64,000 bases of DNA. Origin: Gonapodya sp. JEL0774 (lineage: Eukaryota). Numbering within the stretch: the stretch's first letter is position 1; every line of letters starts with the position of its first letter. The stretch lies in contig JADIIX010000005.1 in assembly GCA_027604505.1 (NCBI GenBank), positions 62,001 to 126,000 of the forward strand, written 5' to 3'. The position numbers and the translations under genes are program-made. Positions 35,504-61,492 of the stretch are shown here, piece by piece. Below the pieces are notes generated by a model. The model ran no database searches and was not told the origin of the DNA. It saw nothing but the letters and a program-made list of their open reading frames with translations.

Positions 35504-35930
35504 ATGGTCGATTGAGTTGGAGTGATGAGGCCCAGGTTGGCGGCGGAGCTCGCTCCCGAAATTGCTGAACACCAACTTCTTACATTTAACATTTGCGAAT
35601 CTGGGATCATTTTACTCATTTGGTAATCTGGAAGATTTCTTTTATATTAGGTCATGTTCCTCCCGGAAGGGGTCTGCCCTTCATGAACTCTTCGAAAGAG
35701 AATTTGTTAGATGAGCGAGTACTCTCATGTAACCCGAGAAAATCCTGGTACACAGTGTACTATAAGCGTATAGACTTCCTTTGTGATTCACAGATAATAC
35801 AACTCATTCATAGCTGTCTGCACATGAAATGGAGGCTCCCAACAGGAAGCTCTATAGCTTATTGGTCAACAAGCCCCAAGAAGATTTCACAGTGGCTCCC
35901 TCTCGAGGATGAGCGCCTTCCGGCCGTGTC

Positions 35931-39424
<3,494 letters not shown>

Positions 39425-39865
39425 TACATTTGAGCCACGCCCTTACAACAGTTCGTGCACAAGTTAACTGTCATACATGCAGTCAGCGAGTTTCCTGGTG
39501 GATGAAATCGGTGCTGTTACATAACTACAATCGCCCACACATTTCAAGTGCCGCGAAATTACTCACACTGATATACCTCCCGCGCTGCCATGGCATCCTA
39601 TGGTGGTTGGGGTGGCTCGGATCGACTGCGTGGGTTCCCTTGAAGATTTACGGAGCGTTGGGACATGCACTCGTTTATCCAGTGTCTCGGGGTCTCTTGA
39701 ACGCGCCTGGACGATGTCTAAATGGCGGCCCTCTCTTGTCGCAAGCATGTCTGACCCTTTTTTGTGCTGCGCATTCCCCATCACCTACCTTGCTTCCTCC
39801 GTCTCTTCGATTCGTACCCCCAAACCCATCGTACTCGTCGCGCAGCCCCCATTTCGCTCCACCGA

Positions 39866-45922
<6,057 letters not shown>

Positions 45923-45941
45923 TAATGGAATGTTAAGTACC

Positions 45942-45986
45942 CATAGTTTGCGTAGTATTTTGCATAGTATTTGCATAGTATTTGCA
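45942..45986. repeat. 11-bp tandem repeat (GCATAGTATTT) x ~4
   Basis: CATAGTTTG CGTAGTATTTTG CATAGTATTTG CATAGTATTTG CA, in the 79-nt gap between the convergent CHD1 and eIF3m stops. Confidence 0.85.
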
Positions 45987-46001
45987 GCATACACCGGAAT
46001 T

Positions 46002-47721
46002 TCAGTGATTGCCGTCTGCGACCATCCGCTTTGCCTGTTCAAGAACTTCTACGATACCCGTCAAATGTTTTCTCCACACATCTAAATGCTCCTGAAGGAT
46101 CTTCCACTGAGGCTCTTTAAACTCTCGATAAGTCGCACGGCGAACTTGAACTGATTTGCTCAGCTGGTCCATTTTTGCATCAAGGAGATTAAGTCGGATT
46201 GCTGGGAACGTTTGCAAAGTCGGTAGCAGCCCAAATTTGCTCACAAAGAATAAACTCACCATCAATAACCCACATTTCCACCTCACTCTCGTTGATTTCA
46301 AGGGCTTTTGCAAGTGTTTTGTAGTCAACCTTACCCGGGACATGTTGACCCGCGACAGAGACGAGAGCGAGAACCCCAATTTTGCGAAGATTATCCTCAT
46401 CTGAGAGTTCTGCATTGCATTGTTTGTAGTGAGCTTGATCAACTTACCCATGAAATAGATGTTCAAAACTCACTATACTTTGCAAGCAACGACTTGTGGT
46501 CCTTCGCCCAGACTTTATACTCAGCTAAGCCACCGTTCAGAAATATTTTTAGAAGAACGAACATGTCCTCTTGTTCGATTGCCCGAACTGCTGGAAGAGC
46601 GTACACCTCTTCAAAATTATACACCTCGGGTGCACGAACTGCCATTGCCACACAATCCAGGGCACGCTCTCGTACAGAAGGGGGAAAAGGTGATTTGGTG
46701 TAGGTGGAAAGTAGTTTGATCGAGGATTCGTAAGCCTCCCGCCTTCCGAAGAAAAACTTTGTGAATATCCAGCTTTTAGTTGTACACCAAATCTATGCTC
46801 ACCTTCCGGTCGGCTTTTCTTTAAACGTGTCGCTGAGCAATGCGTACAATTGCCTCGTTTGCTCAAGTGAGACACCCCATTCCTGCAGTTGGAAATCGAT
46901 GGTAGCAACATGGGATGAGATGAGGAGTAGCTCGTCATATCGCGCAGCAACTTCTATGATTCTGAGGGTAACGTCGTATCGAGAAATGGAGGCCGGAGGC
47001 AGGGAGTTGTAAAGAGTGGCAAGTCTGGCAGGGAGCGAAGCGTTAACGACCACCAGTGAGCAGGTGAGCATAAGTCTTAGCTACGCGCTCTCCAGCGCTT
47101 AAGCAATTGCTATGGAGCTGAGGTGTTCAACTATCGCCGTGTCCGACGGCAAGCCGGAAGGCATAACTGCGACATTACGAACATTTTTAGCTTCACCTGT
47201 CCCTTAGCGTGTTCGCTCTCGGTGGCAGCAGTCGCTATTCGTCGGGCGGACTCGGGGTCACGCAGCAATAGCTGCGAATGAGCGAGCATTGCAATCAGTA
47301 ATGTGAAAGCAGCTTCGACATCTTCGCACGTCCGGGCGCAAGATCAGTGGAGATCACACACAAATTTTTCATTCGTTTAAAGTCACCGATACAGCGTTGA
47401 GCGTGCAATGTTATCAGGATGTATGGTTCCTCTGCAAATGGCAAAACACTCACCCTTTTCCGAAGCCTTCCTCAGAGCGTCCACACTTCCAGCTAGTGTT
47501 TTTGCCACATCTTCCCACCTATCGTCATCAGCCGCGTCCCGAACCTTGCCTGCGAGTGATTCATCCTCGGCCAGTACTCCCAACAGTTGCCCAAGCTTGA
47601 TCGCCTATTGCCATGACGCAGCAGAGAGCTCAGAGCTCGCTTGATTATGGCCTGCAAATATCAAAGCCCTCACTTGGGACTTTTTCCCGTCCGTGGAGAA
47701 AACTGGGCAAGTTGAGGTCAT
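46002..47721 (-). CDS. EIF3M: Translation initiation factor eIF3 subunit M (PCI domain)
   Basis: LATLYNSLP...RYDV; AVRAPEVYNFEEVYALPAV; LLKIFLNGGL..Y; LLDAKMDQL...RRATYREF..QW..L..HLDVWR; inferred start MTSTCPVFSTDGKKSQ/AIKLG. Confidence 0.88.
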
Positions 47722-47920
47722 GGGTGAAGTCAAAAGAGAAAACTTGGCCCACTGCACCATCTTCACCATGGATGTATCCACCACTGCGATCCCGAGGAAA
47801 TGCAACACGATCAGAAGCTGGAAAGCACGCAACAAACTGTATTCTCTCCTCACATTCAGTGTCGCAGGGCAAAAGCAAAATAGTTACATCCATTCTGAAC
47901 AACAAACATTGAGAATGATT

Positions 47921-50730
47921 CTAATAAACAATGGACACCAGTTTTTCCCATTCAATGAAGTCCCTGATGGTTCCCGATCCTCCCACACCAAGGGCAACTT
48001 GGCTCATTAACTCCCCTTCAAACAGACCCGAACTTCCCACCCTCGCCATAGCCATACGCCTCCTGAGCCACAGAGCATTCCGAAACATACCAAGTATTGT
48101 AGCACCGGCTTTACCCGGCCCAATGAGACCAGCTCGTAGATGTGATAAGAACACATAAAAGTCCACAGCTGATGAGATCCGATCACGACAGGGGCGGCAA
48201 AGTGGCTCCCAAACGGTACTTTCAGGAGAAGGCACTGGGGGCTGACCTTGAGAGGATGGCTCCGTGAGAAAACGGAGTTTGAAGTGGCAGTCGCGGGTTG
48301 CGCTGCACGAAGTGCACCTCACGCGAGGTATTGAGACAAGAGAATTTGGGGATGTGGGATTAGCAGCGATAGTGCTAGTAGAAGTCCCCGAAGGTGCCGC
48401 TGGCAGTGGCTTGCTGTCCCCGTTGTTCTGAGAGATCTCCACGCAAGCTTTGACCACATGTTCCAACAAGCGTTTCCGAAACGCTGACGCTGCCCCCGAT
48501 CCGCCTGAAAACTTGAAGATAGCACCACTTGGAGCGGCGTAGTTGAGGCCGTAGTTGAGACACGGCTCAACATCTTCCACAAGGCAGCGTTTCAAAAACT
48601 TAGTGGAGTGATGCAGAATGGGATCGTAAGGTAATCCAGAAGTTCCCACCGTCTGCTTGATATGTTCTTGGAACTCGTTGAAAACGATTCCGTCAATGAA
48701 ATGTGTGGTACCGGCATCGGCAGCCACCGGGAAGTCCAATTCATTACGTATAGCGGATGACGCCAACAGGGCTGCTGAGCCCAAGCTCGTCTTTCGTGGA
48801 TTGGACATCCGTCGGGGTGAGCCGATTGGAGACACTGTCACTGAGCCACTTCGTCTTCTTGCACTCTCCAGTGCGTGCAGGCACCTTTTCATCTCACGAA
48901 GCTCCTCCTCCCTCGAACCACATTTGCGTACCATGTCTTTGAGTTGACCGGATAAGTCTCTATTCGCGACTTCAAGTTCCTCGCGCATCTTTGCTTCCTC
49001 TATGACCATGCGATTGGCCTGATCAAAGAGCTGTGCGGTCAGTTCCTCGATCTCCTGCTCTAAAACGTCCTTAGCTAGCTGGACCTGTTCGCGTTCTGTC
49101 TCGGTATCACTCAGCTGTGCGGACACCGTAGCGAGATCGCTTTCAAGATCTTTTATGGTGTCGTTGCGATGGTCGATCTCGAGCATCAAGGAACGACATT
49201 GAGGGCAGGATTGCAAGTTGCCCATCCGAGGCCCGGTCTGCCCTTGTTGGCTATTTACTCGCGCGGACGACATTGCTAACTGCTGCATCTTGACTTGAGG
49301 TGAGGGCATAGATGACTGAGCGGTCCTTGCGGGAGTTTGGGACTCAAGTTTTGGGCCAGTATGTTCGGCAAGATCACCGGCGTCATTGTCGGCCATGTCA
49401 ATTGCGCTATGCACATTCTGGATAGAAGAGTTGATGTCCGCGCCCGCTCGATTCGCTCCACGTGTAAGAGGGTCCCCTCGTCCTGAAGCTACCCTTCCCG
49501 ACATATCTCGCGCCACATCAATGCCCTTCTTCCTAGGTACATCACTCGCCCCATCTTTCATTATACGCGTTAATGGGGCATCATCATCTTCATCCTCCGG
49601 GCGTCTCCCCAGACCCGAGGGCGGAAACGCATGTTCAACATGGTCCTCGCGGTTGAGTCGGGGTAAATCACCAAGAACAACGGGCACACCAGGTCGCGAC
49701 CGCGCGACGTCAAGAATGTTCCCTACTGACGTCTGTGCTTGCTTGAGGTAGTTCCAAGCGAGTCGTATCCGTTCGGTGGATTGAATATCTACGTACTGTC
49801 GAGCGTCGAGACGGGTTCCACCACTGGTGCCATGCACCATCGCATCCTGTGCAAGAGGGGTGGTAGTTGAAGGAATCGTGTGGTGAAGGGGTTGATCCCT
49901 ACCAGGAGCCAGCATTCGATCTTCGTAGATGATGGCGGGCTTCAGCCCAGCGCCGTTGCTCGCAGGTTTCCCGCTTTGCTCAAGCTGCCCGTTTACTTGT
50001 GGAGATCGACCTACGAGCTCTGGGCTGGTTTGTGACGCCATCGCGAGAACTTTGCCCAGGAACAGGATCGCTTCTTTCGTCGCAAAGTCCAGACGGTGCA
50101 TTTTGACCCGCATTACGTCAATGACCGAGTTCTTTTGTGCAAGTTGATCGGAGTGCAGTGCTTTGAGTGAAGAAATCTGATCTGCGTAGGCCTGCACGTG
50201 GTATTGCAGTGCATTCAGCAGTTAAAGTGAGTAATAGCGGACGACAAAACGTGGACCATCACAGCCAGCACGCCTTGCTCCTTCCCCCACCAATGCGCCC
50301 TTGTGCGTGTGACGTCTGAGCCCCCAGCACACGCATGATCACTTAATATTCATTGTATTACCCGAGGAAAACTTGCCTTGCTGTCTCCAGCCATCTCAGT
50401 GAGGGAAAGCTTCAAGCTCAAAATGGTTGCGTGGGCCTCTACAACTACAGCCACCAGCTGGTCCGTCGTCAATGCACGTAGTTTCTCTACATCAGGTGGC
50501 GTCGTGCTCGTGAGAAAAACAGAAGGGTCTTCTGGGCCTCGCTGAGGAGAGAGCGCCGACAGTGGATTGGGTTCCGCGAATTGTCTCGCAGGCGATCGCA
50601 GTAAATCCCCCACGGAGCGACTCATGGAAAGACTAGCAGTTGTAGAGCTGGGAGAGACTGGCAGCGGAGGAAGTGCTTCATTTGACTTTGCCGAGAGAGC
50701 GGGATTGGACTTGGACAGACGGACAGACAT
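47921..50730 (-). CDS. SEC2: Sec2/Rabin8-family Rab guanine-nucleotide exchange factor
   Basis: Coiled coil LEQEIEELTAQLFDQANRMV; FLKRCLVEDVEPCL; C-terminal CxxC...LCRPCRDRISSAVDFYVFL...LRRRMAMARVG. Confidence 0.9.
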
Positions 50731-50982
50731 TGTCCAAACACCGTTCCAGCAAGGCACTGCAAAATGCTGCCACCGGATAGAGTCTGGCGCTATTGAGAGA
50801 ACGCTGGTTTGTTGGGTCAAATGAAAGCAACAATTATGATATCCGATGTTGGAACTGAAAGTTGCGAAATTCTCGGCGAAATGAGTGCAGGTCGGCGAAG
50901 CTCCAAGCAGCAACGCCCATCACAGCGTTCCACCAAAATCGTCGTCTTAGCGGCAAGAAACCCCCGAAAAGCTCAGAAAGCC

Positions 50983-52553
50983 ATGATGAGCACTCAGCCT
51001 GGACCCACATCAGGGTCTAAGACCCTCGTAGAGCAGCCCGCGCAGCAGCCGCCCGACGGCGCAAAGTTCTCTTTTGCAAGTGAGCCGAGGGCAATTAAGT
51101 CGGGCTCGTCCAAACAGGGTTCCCAGACACCAAATAAAAGCAAGTATAGGGACCCAAAGGCCCTGATGCAGCAGCAGTTTGGGACCCCTGGGGCTGCAGG
51201 GCAGGAAAGACCGCCGTGAGTGAACCTATTGACGTTTCATCACATTGCTGGACAACCACGAGAGCTTAACTGCAGGCATAGACTAAAATGTGCTTTTGCT
51301 ATTCATCTGCTGTACTACACTGGGCTGTTGGATGCTTCTTGTGGGTCGTCGGATTCCACAACATCTTCATGAATCCATTTCCACCTTTCAGACCTGCAAA
51401 CATCATGTTCGATCGAAGAGTATACCGTGGAAATACATATGCTTCTCCTGTTCTGCCTCTGGTTGGTATCGGATGCATTCCACTGCACACTGTGACCCTC
51501 ATCCGGAGACTTCATCCTCTCCGCCGCGCAGCACGCCCAACCAGACCCCGTGGAGCTTCACCGTCAGTCCGAAGCACGTCGTCGCTCTAAGGCCCGCCGT
51601 CGTGCCGAACTCCAACGCCGAGTGAGAACCCCGGAGCCGGTTCAAGGTCGCCGTCACATGGACGTGCAGACAGACCTGTACCTCGAGGAACTATCCGACA
51701 AGGTACCCGAGGCTCAAGCTGGTACACAAACGGACGCCTTTTTGGATAGATCCCCCACACCGATGTACGTTCCTGCCAAGAGTGGTGTGGACAAGGATAC
51801 ACAGATCGAGGACGGAGAGTTGTTCGACTTCGACTTTGAGGTCGCACCGGTGGTAGAAGTCATGGTCGGGAAGACGCTGGAGCAGGCTCTGGCTGAAGTG
51901 ATGGAAGAAGATGAACTAGAAACCTTGAGGAGACGACAGGTATCTAATCGCCCAACTACCGCCCCCTAGCCAGCACAAGGGACTAATAAGCTTGTTTCCT
52001 TTAGGCTGAATTTGAGCAGCGTCGGAATGCAGAGCTCGCAGAAGTTCAAAGACTGGAGGAGGCTGAGCGTCGCAGGACGGAAGAGAAGGTTCTTTTGACG
52101 CTGAAGAGTCTATCACAAACGCTGTTTCTGAATCATCAAGCCTGTCCCTTTCTCTCAGGAACGCCGCCTGGCTGAGAGTCTCCGTCTCCACCACCAAAAA
52201 TCAGTGGCTGCCGCGAAAATTGCGGCACGCTCGTTTGCCGCCTCGTACCTCCACGACCTTGTACCCTCGGCGATGCGCCGGCTGCAAGATGAGGGTTTCT
52301 TCTACGATCCGGTGGAGCGGGAGGTGGAGAGATTCTTTCTGCCATGGCTTACGGATAAGGTGGAAGGCAGGAGGATGAGGGAGGTAGGGGCGAGAACAGT
52401 CGTGGACGGTGAGTTTTACGGGAGATCAAACGCTGTTTATTAGTTCTCACGGCTCTCTTCTCACCACGGTCACCCGGTTTGACAGATATTATCCTTAATG
52501 CTCTGCGGAAACTCCGTGCCGGAGTGTCAAATTCGGCATCGCCGCCTTCGTAG
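50983..52553 (+). CDS. RSPH3: Radial spoke head protein 3
   Basis: NIMFDRRVYRGNTYA, TPEPVQGRRHMDVQTDLYLEEL, QTDAFLDR, TQIEDGELFDFDFEVAP, VGKTLEQALAEVMEEDEL, FYDPVEREVE..FLPWL. Confidence 0.96.
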
Positions 52554-52874
52554 ATGTCTCACAGTGAAGATGGGGGAGTTTAATGAGCTGCTGTTTATCA
52601 TCCCTCCATTGTTATGCTGTTGGTTATGTTTTTGTAGACCTTAAGCAGCTGAACAACCACCTTGCGAGAGATAGAGCTCGCAAATGTACAGAGATTTTGT
52701 TACAATTAATTGCCATTAATTTGGATGTTTCTTAATTCAACTGACAAAACATAAGGTGGTGCATCTTTTACGGACCCTGGGAATCTGACAACAGCATCTT
52801 GGCAATATTGCTTCCGGATCGTCGATTCTTTTTCTCCCCTCTCTTCACTTAATTTGCTGCAAACTCCGACCGAA

Positions 52875-55251
52875 ATGGCATCCGAAAACAATTTAGACCT
52901 GAAGAAAAACGACTCTACCCCTCCTCGTCTTGCTGTCGGTGCCAACAGGCATCAGAGCCACGCCAGCGCTCATAGTGGCTCGGAAAGACCGTTTCCGAAC
53001 ATTTCAGCAGAGCGACGCCCGAGCATAGTTGCAGCATTTGCTTTTGGCGGGGATACGAGTGTCCTCGTAGATGCCAATTTGAACGTCGCTGAATCGGAGA
53101 AGACGAACGGAAATGTAGTATCTAGAGGACCCAGCTCGTTTTCCGACAAATCTGCCCAATCGCAGAGCGCTTTGAAGGTCGAACATCAAAATTCTGCAGA
53201 GAATGATGACACAAGATATTCGTCTGAGGAAGCCTTGGTATTGGGCAAGGACGTGGAGGAGCAGAACAAAGAGGATGGAGAGCTGCCCGTTTCCGGAATC
53301 GCAGACTATCCCGAAGGCGGTTATGGCTGGGTTGTAATCTTCGCATGCTTCCTCCTGATGTTCAGTGGATTGGGACTGTTGTACTCTTGGGGAGTGTACT
53401 TGAGTACCTATGTGGCCCTAGATATCTTCCCTGGATCCACCTACTTCTCACTTTCATGGTGAGCTATGGTGCAGCTTGGCAATGTTGCCAAGAGCTGAAC
53501 GGTGTGCAGCTGCACGGTCCTTTTCAAGAGGTCAATTGATGTTGTCCAATGTGCTTCCGTGCCGTCACATGCCACACAGGGTCGGGTCAATGACTCAGGG
53601 AGTCAATACCGCGGCTGCACCATTCATGGGACAGCTCTCAGATCGACTTGGGAGTAGACTGATTTGTATTTTCGGAACCATATTGTTGGCTCTGTCTTTC
53701 ATTGGTGCGAGCTTTTCAACGGAAGTCTGGCACGTGAGTGAAACAGCAAGCCCGACCTACCCGCGATGCTGTATTTATGAACATGCGAACCCTGTTTTGC
53801 CCCTTTGGTCAGCTGTTTCTTACCCAAGGATTCATGTGGGTAGTAATGCACTGTTTTGTTTGGCGGTGTACACAGTCATGCATCATTTATTTCTAGGTTT
53901 GGCCTCTCGTGCAGCGCCCTCTATTTTGGTTTGATTGGCATGCCCGCTCAAGTGAGAATTGCCTCCTTTCAACTCACGAATGTTCAACGTGAACTAATCG
54001 TTGTTGATGTCCAAAGTGGTTTCTCAAAAAACGTGGGATCGCCATGGGCCTTGCCGTATCTGGTGGAGGCTTAGGAGGGATGGCGTGGGGGGTGCGTTCA
54101 CTTTTTTGCTCGCATACATCATCGCTTTCATCCTCAAAGGTTTCTGACGCACACATGCAGCCCATCACCCAAGTCTTGGTCGACGCGATGGGCTTCCGAT
54201 GGGCTCTTCGGGTCACGGGAATAATTGCCGGCGTGTGTGAGTGATGAGCAGTATTTTGGTCATATTGTAATGCAGGGTTCGAACTGGGAAGTCATCAAAT
54301 CTCAGATCACTCTGGCCTTTCCTCATTCTAGTGCTCCTCGCAGCGTCTTTGTTTTTGCGGTCGCGATTCCCTCCGCCACCGCGTTCGCCGTTCTTCAATG
54401 TTTCTTATTTCCGCGATCGGCGATTTGTTCTGTTGTATGGTATATTTTCCGGCGCATCGTTTCGGCAATTTTGATTTCGTCTTTAACATTAACGTGATTT
54501 TGACTGTACCCTTCTTGTCAGTTGCGTTCTTCTTCTTCCAGTTTGGCTTCATGGTTCCCTTTGCCTATATTCCCTCCTATGCAAAATCGGTTGGTTTAAC
54601 GTCTGGACAAGGTTCCTTCATTCTCGGCGTGAGTTGATCGTTATCTGAGTGTTCTTGGCGCGTAGCAGCACCGCAAGAACCACATGACATCCCCCAACTT
54701 CAGCTCACGAACGGTGCCTCTGCGGTCGGCCGTATCGTGCTCGGCTTGTCGGCTGATAACCTCGGGCACCTCAACGCCTTCACCCTCTGTGAACTCATTG
54801 CGCCCCTGAGCGCACTCCTCATTTGGCCATTTTGCAAATCTTTTGGCACCTTGTCGGCTTTTGCAGTGGTGTTCGGCTTTTTCAGTGGAGGGTTCATCTC
54901 GCTCATGCCCACCACGATTGCATCCGTGTTTGGATCCGAAGGACTGGGTTCGCGCATGGGGATGCAATTCACGTCGTCGCTCTTTGGTGCCCTTGCGGGT
55001 GGGCCAATAGCCGGTGCACTGGTTGATGCTTACACCACAGTGAGCTCCGGTGGAACAAACAGTATGAATGTGGGTCGTGCCTTTTGTCTGTTTTGTTGCC
55101 CCCTATCGTTCTGTTACTAACCCGATACCATTTCCCTGAACAGTTCGTCCCCATGATCATGTTTGCAGGTGGGACAATGCTGGCGGGTGCAATTTTGATT
55201 GCTTATATGCGTATGGTTGAAGCCGGTTGGAAACTTATTAAGCGTGTTTGA
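52875..55251 (+). CDS. MFS monocarboxylate-porter-family (MCT/Mch-like) transporter
   Basis: PEGGYGWVVIFACF, GQLSDRLGSR, WFLKKRGIAMGLAVSGGGLGG, GFRWALR, GRIVLGLSADNLG, GGPIAGAL; many TM exons. Confidence 0.92.
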
Positions 55252-55400
55252 AATCTTGGGCCTTGTGCAAGGATATGTCATCTCACTGCATAGAGTAGAA
55301 GTGTAAACAGCACACCGTATTTGCATGATTCGTTTGTCGATAATAATGGACTCGATACCATCGGATACAATTCCCTTTATACTCAAGTTTTTCATCTGCT

Positions 55401-57533
<2,133 letters not shown>

Positions 57534-57879
57534 TGTGAGTCTGATCACAGAGCTCCCCTGGCTCAGAGGAAAGTGGGAGTGTGCAAGGCTCACTTGCCAC
57601 AAAAGTGGTGATGGATTCGGTTTGACAAGGAAACTACTAATAAAATTCAAATGATTCTTTCAGTAAAAAGATTCTAAGCTTTCTATTTACTATTAAAACG
57701 ACGAATACCTGAAAATTCACGTCATAAGCCAATAATGTAACACAGCGTTTTGCTCTTTTCCGACGCTTGCTTGGTATGGTTATGGGCATTCAAGAAAATG
57801 ATGGGACAGGATCAACATGTGTTACCCTTCTTCAGCATCCTGCTGTACGTTAGCTGTGAGGCACCTCGATTGATGTCAA

Positions 57880-59381
57880 ATGCCGAAAACAAGATCACAA
57901 CCAGTCGAACCAAGTGCAGAGGACGATTCCCTGGACGCAGACGAGGAACTTCTCTCTTTTTCTCAACCGCAGCAGGAAACATATGGGGGACCCACCAGCG
58001 ATCCTGATCCTGACTGGGATCCAGCAACGGACCCATCATTTCCCAATAAACCTCTCACAAAATCCTACACCTACTTCTCGCCCGTGCCACCTTTGTGTTT
58101 AAGAGCTGAATCTGGAGATGCTCCCAAGATTATCATGGGTGTGGACGAGGCGGGCAGAGGCCCAGTCCTGGGTTGGTGCCTAACATTGCCCGTGATTTGA
58201 AGCGATTCGGGCCTGATTGATCTCGATTCCACTCCTACTATAGGACCGATGGTCTATGCTGTCGGATATTGCTCTGTGGAGCATAAGGAGCGAGTGAAAG
58301 AAACTGGAGTCGCCGGTGGGTTCTTCCCGTACGCCGTTTTGACAAGCCGAGCCCAATCTTGTGAACTGCCTACGAGACATTAGATTCGAAAACTCTGAAT
58401 GATGTTCAACGAGCGACGTTTTTCTCTACGCTTCGTGCTTCGAATGAATGGTTCGGATGGGGTGTGAGGTCTCTTTCCCCACAAGATATTTCCACCGCAA
58501 TGCTTGCAACGTGAGTCAGGCATACAAAATCTCTGTCTTTTTGTTTTCTGTCATCATGTTGACTTAGCAATGCTCGGCTGTATATACACCGATGTCTTCA
58601 TATTTTAAACCTGTCACCAATCGTCCTGACATTGGAAGCTCCCGCGTCTCCCTCAACGCTCTCGCCCACTCCGCCACGCGGCTTCTCATTCAAGAATCAC
58701 TCGACCGTGGAATGGATGTCTCCGAAGTCTATGTGGATACTGTAGGGACGCCAGAATCCTACCAGGCAAAACTTTCGAGCTGGTTTCCGAGAATAAAATT
58801 CACCGTCGCCAAAAAGGCAGATTCGCTGTACCCTATTGTAAGTGCTGCCAGTATCTGTGCCAAGGTACGTACGATGTTGTGTTCTTTGGTGGCATCAGCG
58901 TTTGTCGCAAGTTGGAATATCAAACAACTCTCTTATCCAAGGTCACTCGCGACCGGCTCCACCACTACTGGCAGTTCATTGAGCTAGGGTTACCTCAGTG
59001 GACTGAGAACCCCTTTGGTTCCGGATACCCTGGCGACGCCCGCACAGTCAAATGGTTGAAGAGCAACACAGACAAGATATTTGGCTGGCCGCGAATCGTG
59101 AGGTTCGCGTGGCAAACGGCGGTTAAGCAACTTGAAGAGGAAGCCGTGAAGGTTGAATGGTCAGTATTAGTAATTGCGATAGCTTTTGGCCACTCTAACA
59201 TGGAAGTTTCAGGCCTGAGGACGCCGAGGCCACCGGTATGCTTCCTATCACTACATGGTTTACGCGGAGGCAAGACTCAGCTGTGGACGTTGTCGAAGGG
59301 GGAGGTCCAGTCCGCAAGAAGTCCAGGCCTCGACACCAGTTGTTCCAAGATATGAAGATGCGGAGTGTGACGGCAGAATGA
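57880..59381 (+). CDS. RNH201: Ribonuclease H2 catalytic subunit A
   Basis: [71 protein letters not shown]. Confidence 0.97.
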
Positions 59382-59466
59382 TCATACATTTGTACTGTTT
59401 ACAGTGGAACCGGAGACGCCCAGAGCGCAGAGCACTTGCATTATATAGTATGACAATCGTTATTAT

Positions 59467-61107
59467 CTATGTGACAATCTTGGCCACGTCTCGATTGAGT
59501 GTTGCACGCTCCGTGAGTGCTTCCTTCACACTCCCGACCCCCACGTCCTCAGGGTCACACCGAAACTTTCTCGCCAGTCCGATAAGATCCCTCCTCTCGT
59601 CATATCCGGCAGCCAGGGTCTGCGCAAGCTCCATGGCAGAGGAACGAAGGCGTTCCACTTCTGCGACCAATTGGCCATTGTGGGCTTCGCGTTGAGCGAG
59701 AGCGGCTCGGAGTTGAGCGTTGCGGGAAGTAAGGGGGTGAACATGACTGGTGAGATAGGGGGAGAAAGTCTGTTGGACAGGAAGAGGGTGATTCTCTACA
59801 CAATGTCCGAATATGCGTCGCACTGATATGCCCCACCTTTCTCACTTTCTCGGCCACTATTTCGAGCCTGTCACCTTCACTTCGTTCAATTCTTTCCTTT
59901 GCTTCCATGACCTCCTTCTCCTTTTCCCTCAGCTCATCTGCAAACAGTTTTCTCTTCTCCACTATCTCGTCGGCAAGTTTACGGAGCTCAGTGGAGCGCT
60001 GGGCATCGGAAAGAGAGCTTGAAGGGTGGAACGAGAGAAGAGCTGAGAGATCGGCGGTGAGTTGTGCCAGCTGTGCCGTTTTTTGGTCGTGAATGGAGCG
60101 AAGAACTGGGTGACGGTCACATCGAGAGGGGGAGAGAGCAAGGCAGACGGGAAGAGAGAGGGGGATTTGTGGGCTCTAAGTGATGTGCCATCCATCTCCA
60201 AACCAATTGAGACCTATACCAATTCTGGGTTGTGAAACACTTACCCGCCAATTTTTTTTCACCTTCTTCGCGAGCACGCTCTGCTTCGCGTTGCTTTGCT
60301 TTGCACTCTGCGGCTCCTTCGCGTTGGAGGCGGTTGTAGGTGTCGTCGAATTCTTCCGTCCAATCGAGAATGGACGAAATGCGAGCGTTCTTAGCATTGT
60401 GGGAGTAAGTGCGGGAGCACAAAGGAGGGGTAGAGAATATTGAACGGACGTACCCTCTTTCCCACAATCTCGTCGTGCTCAGTGGAGAGAGCCGAGTTGA
60501 TGGAGCCTCTGGGGTCCACGAGGTATCAGCAGAGATATTGGACCGATGGTATTGAAAGCAGGACCTACATTTGCTCGATCTGGCTGTCCACCCTCACAAT
60601 CTCCTCCTGTCTCTCCAAAATCTCGTCTCTTAGTCTCTTCAGTCTCGCGAACCTCATTTCTTTTTCTTTGCGCTTTTCTTGGCGTTTCAAGTAGCGCTTG
60701 TAGCCCAGCGGGTTGACTGATTTGAGGACAGCAAGGTCTGAAGGTGAAAGATCGTCCTGCCTCTCCAGCATTGCAACAGAAATAACACCGCGCTCGTGCG
60801 TCCTGGCACGAGATGCCGCGTGTCGGTGGGAGGATTCATGGGCGGCGAAGCCAGCTCCATAGTGTGGTTCCTCCTCCACCCTCCGGCGATCATTGAGATC
60901 CGCCCGTCTACCAGACTTTCGTCGAGAACGAGCTTCAGCGGATTCATTTGTACCGGGTGCGGAGGATCGGGATTTGACGAAGGTTATATGCGGCAAGCCG
61001 TGTTGAATAAACGCTTCATGTACATCGATCGGGACGAGCCAATGCAATCGTCGGAATCGTTGCTCCGGCGAGAGCAAAGACGGCGTAGCGGGAACGAGTG
61101 ATGGCAT
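59467..61107 (-). CDS. Uncharacterised coiled-coil protein
   Basis: Series of E/K/R-rich helical exons separated by GT-AG introns; no family recognised. Confidence 0.7.
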
Positions 61108-61492
61108 CAAATCAATAAATTCATGAAGGTGAAGATGTTACTCTTTGGTCAGTGCACACATTTGGTCACCCTGCCATTGCGACTCTGCCAGACTATTGGG
61201 CCAACTCCCCAACACCATACACGGACTTGATTTCTTCCAATCCCGCACTGATTTCTCGCGAACAAGACCTCGAAGAAGCGATAAAGGTGGACTGGTGCCA
61301 TCCGATACCTTCCCGTGCGTGTTCGCCGGTTCCGCCGGGTCCCGTTCAGTCTTCCCGGGCGGCCGCCAGATTCTCTGCTTCTGACCGCGATTCCAATCAA
61401 TCTCCCGAATCAAATTACAGTTTTGCCTTCCTTTCTCCTTCTCTTTCCTCTCTTGGGCGTTCCCCTCCACCCTCCTCAGCCACAGTCTCGCC

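Noticed and set aside
59467..61107. Sds3/BRMS1-family assignment for the coiled-coil gene
   Set aside because: Only generic coiled-coil similarity; the family's characteristic motifs were not seen.
61250..61266. SCB/E2F-like CGCGAA site upstream of DBF4
   Set aside because: A single short match is expected by chance in GC-rich DNA.
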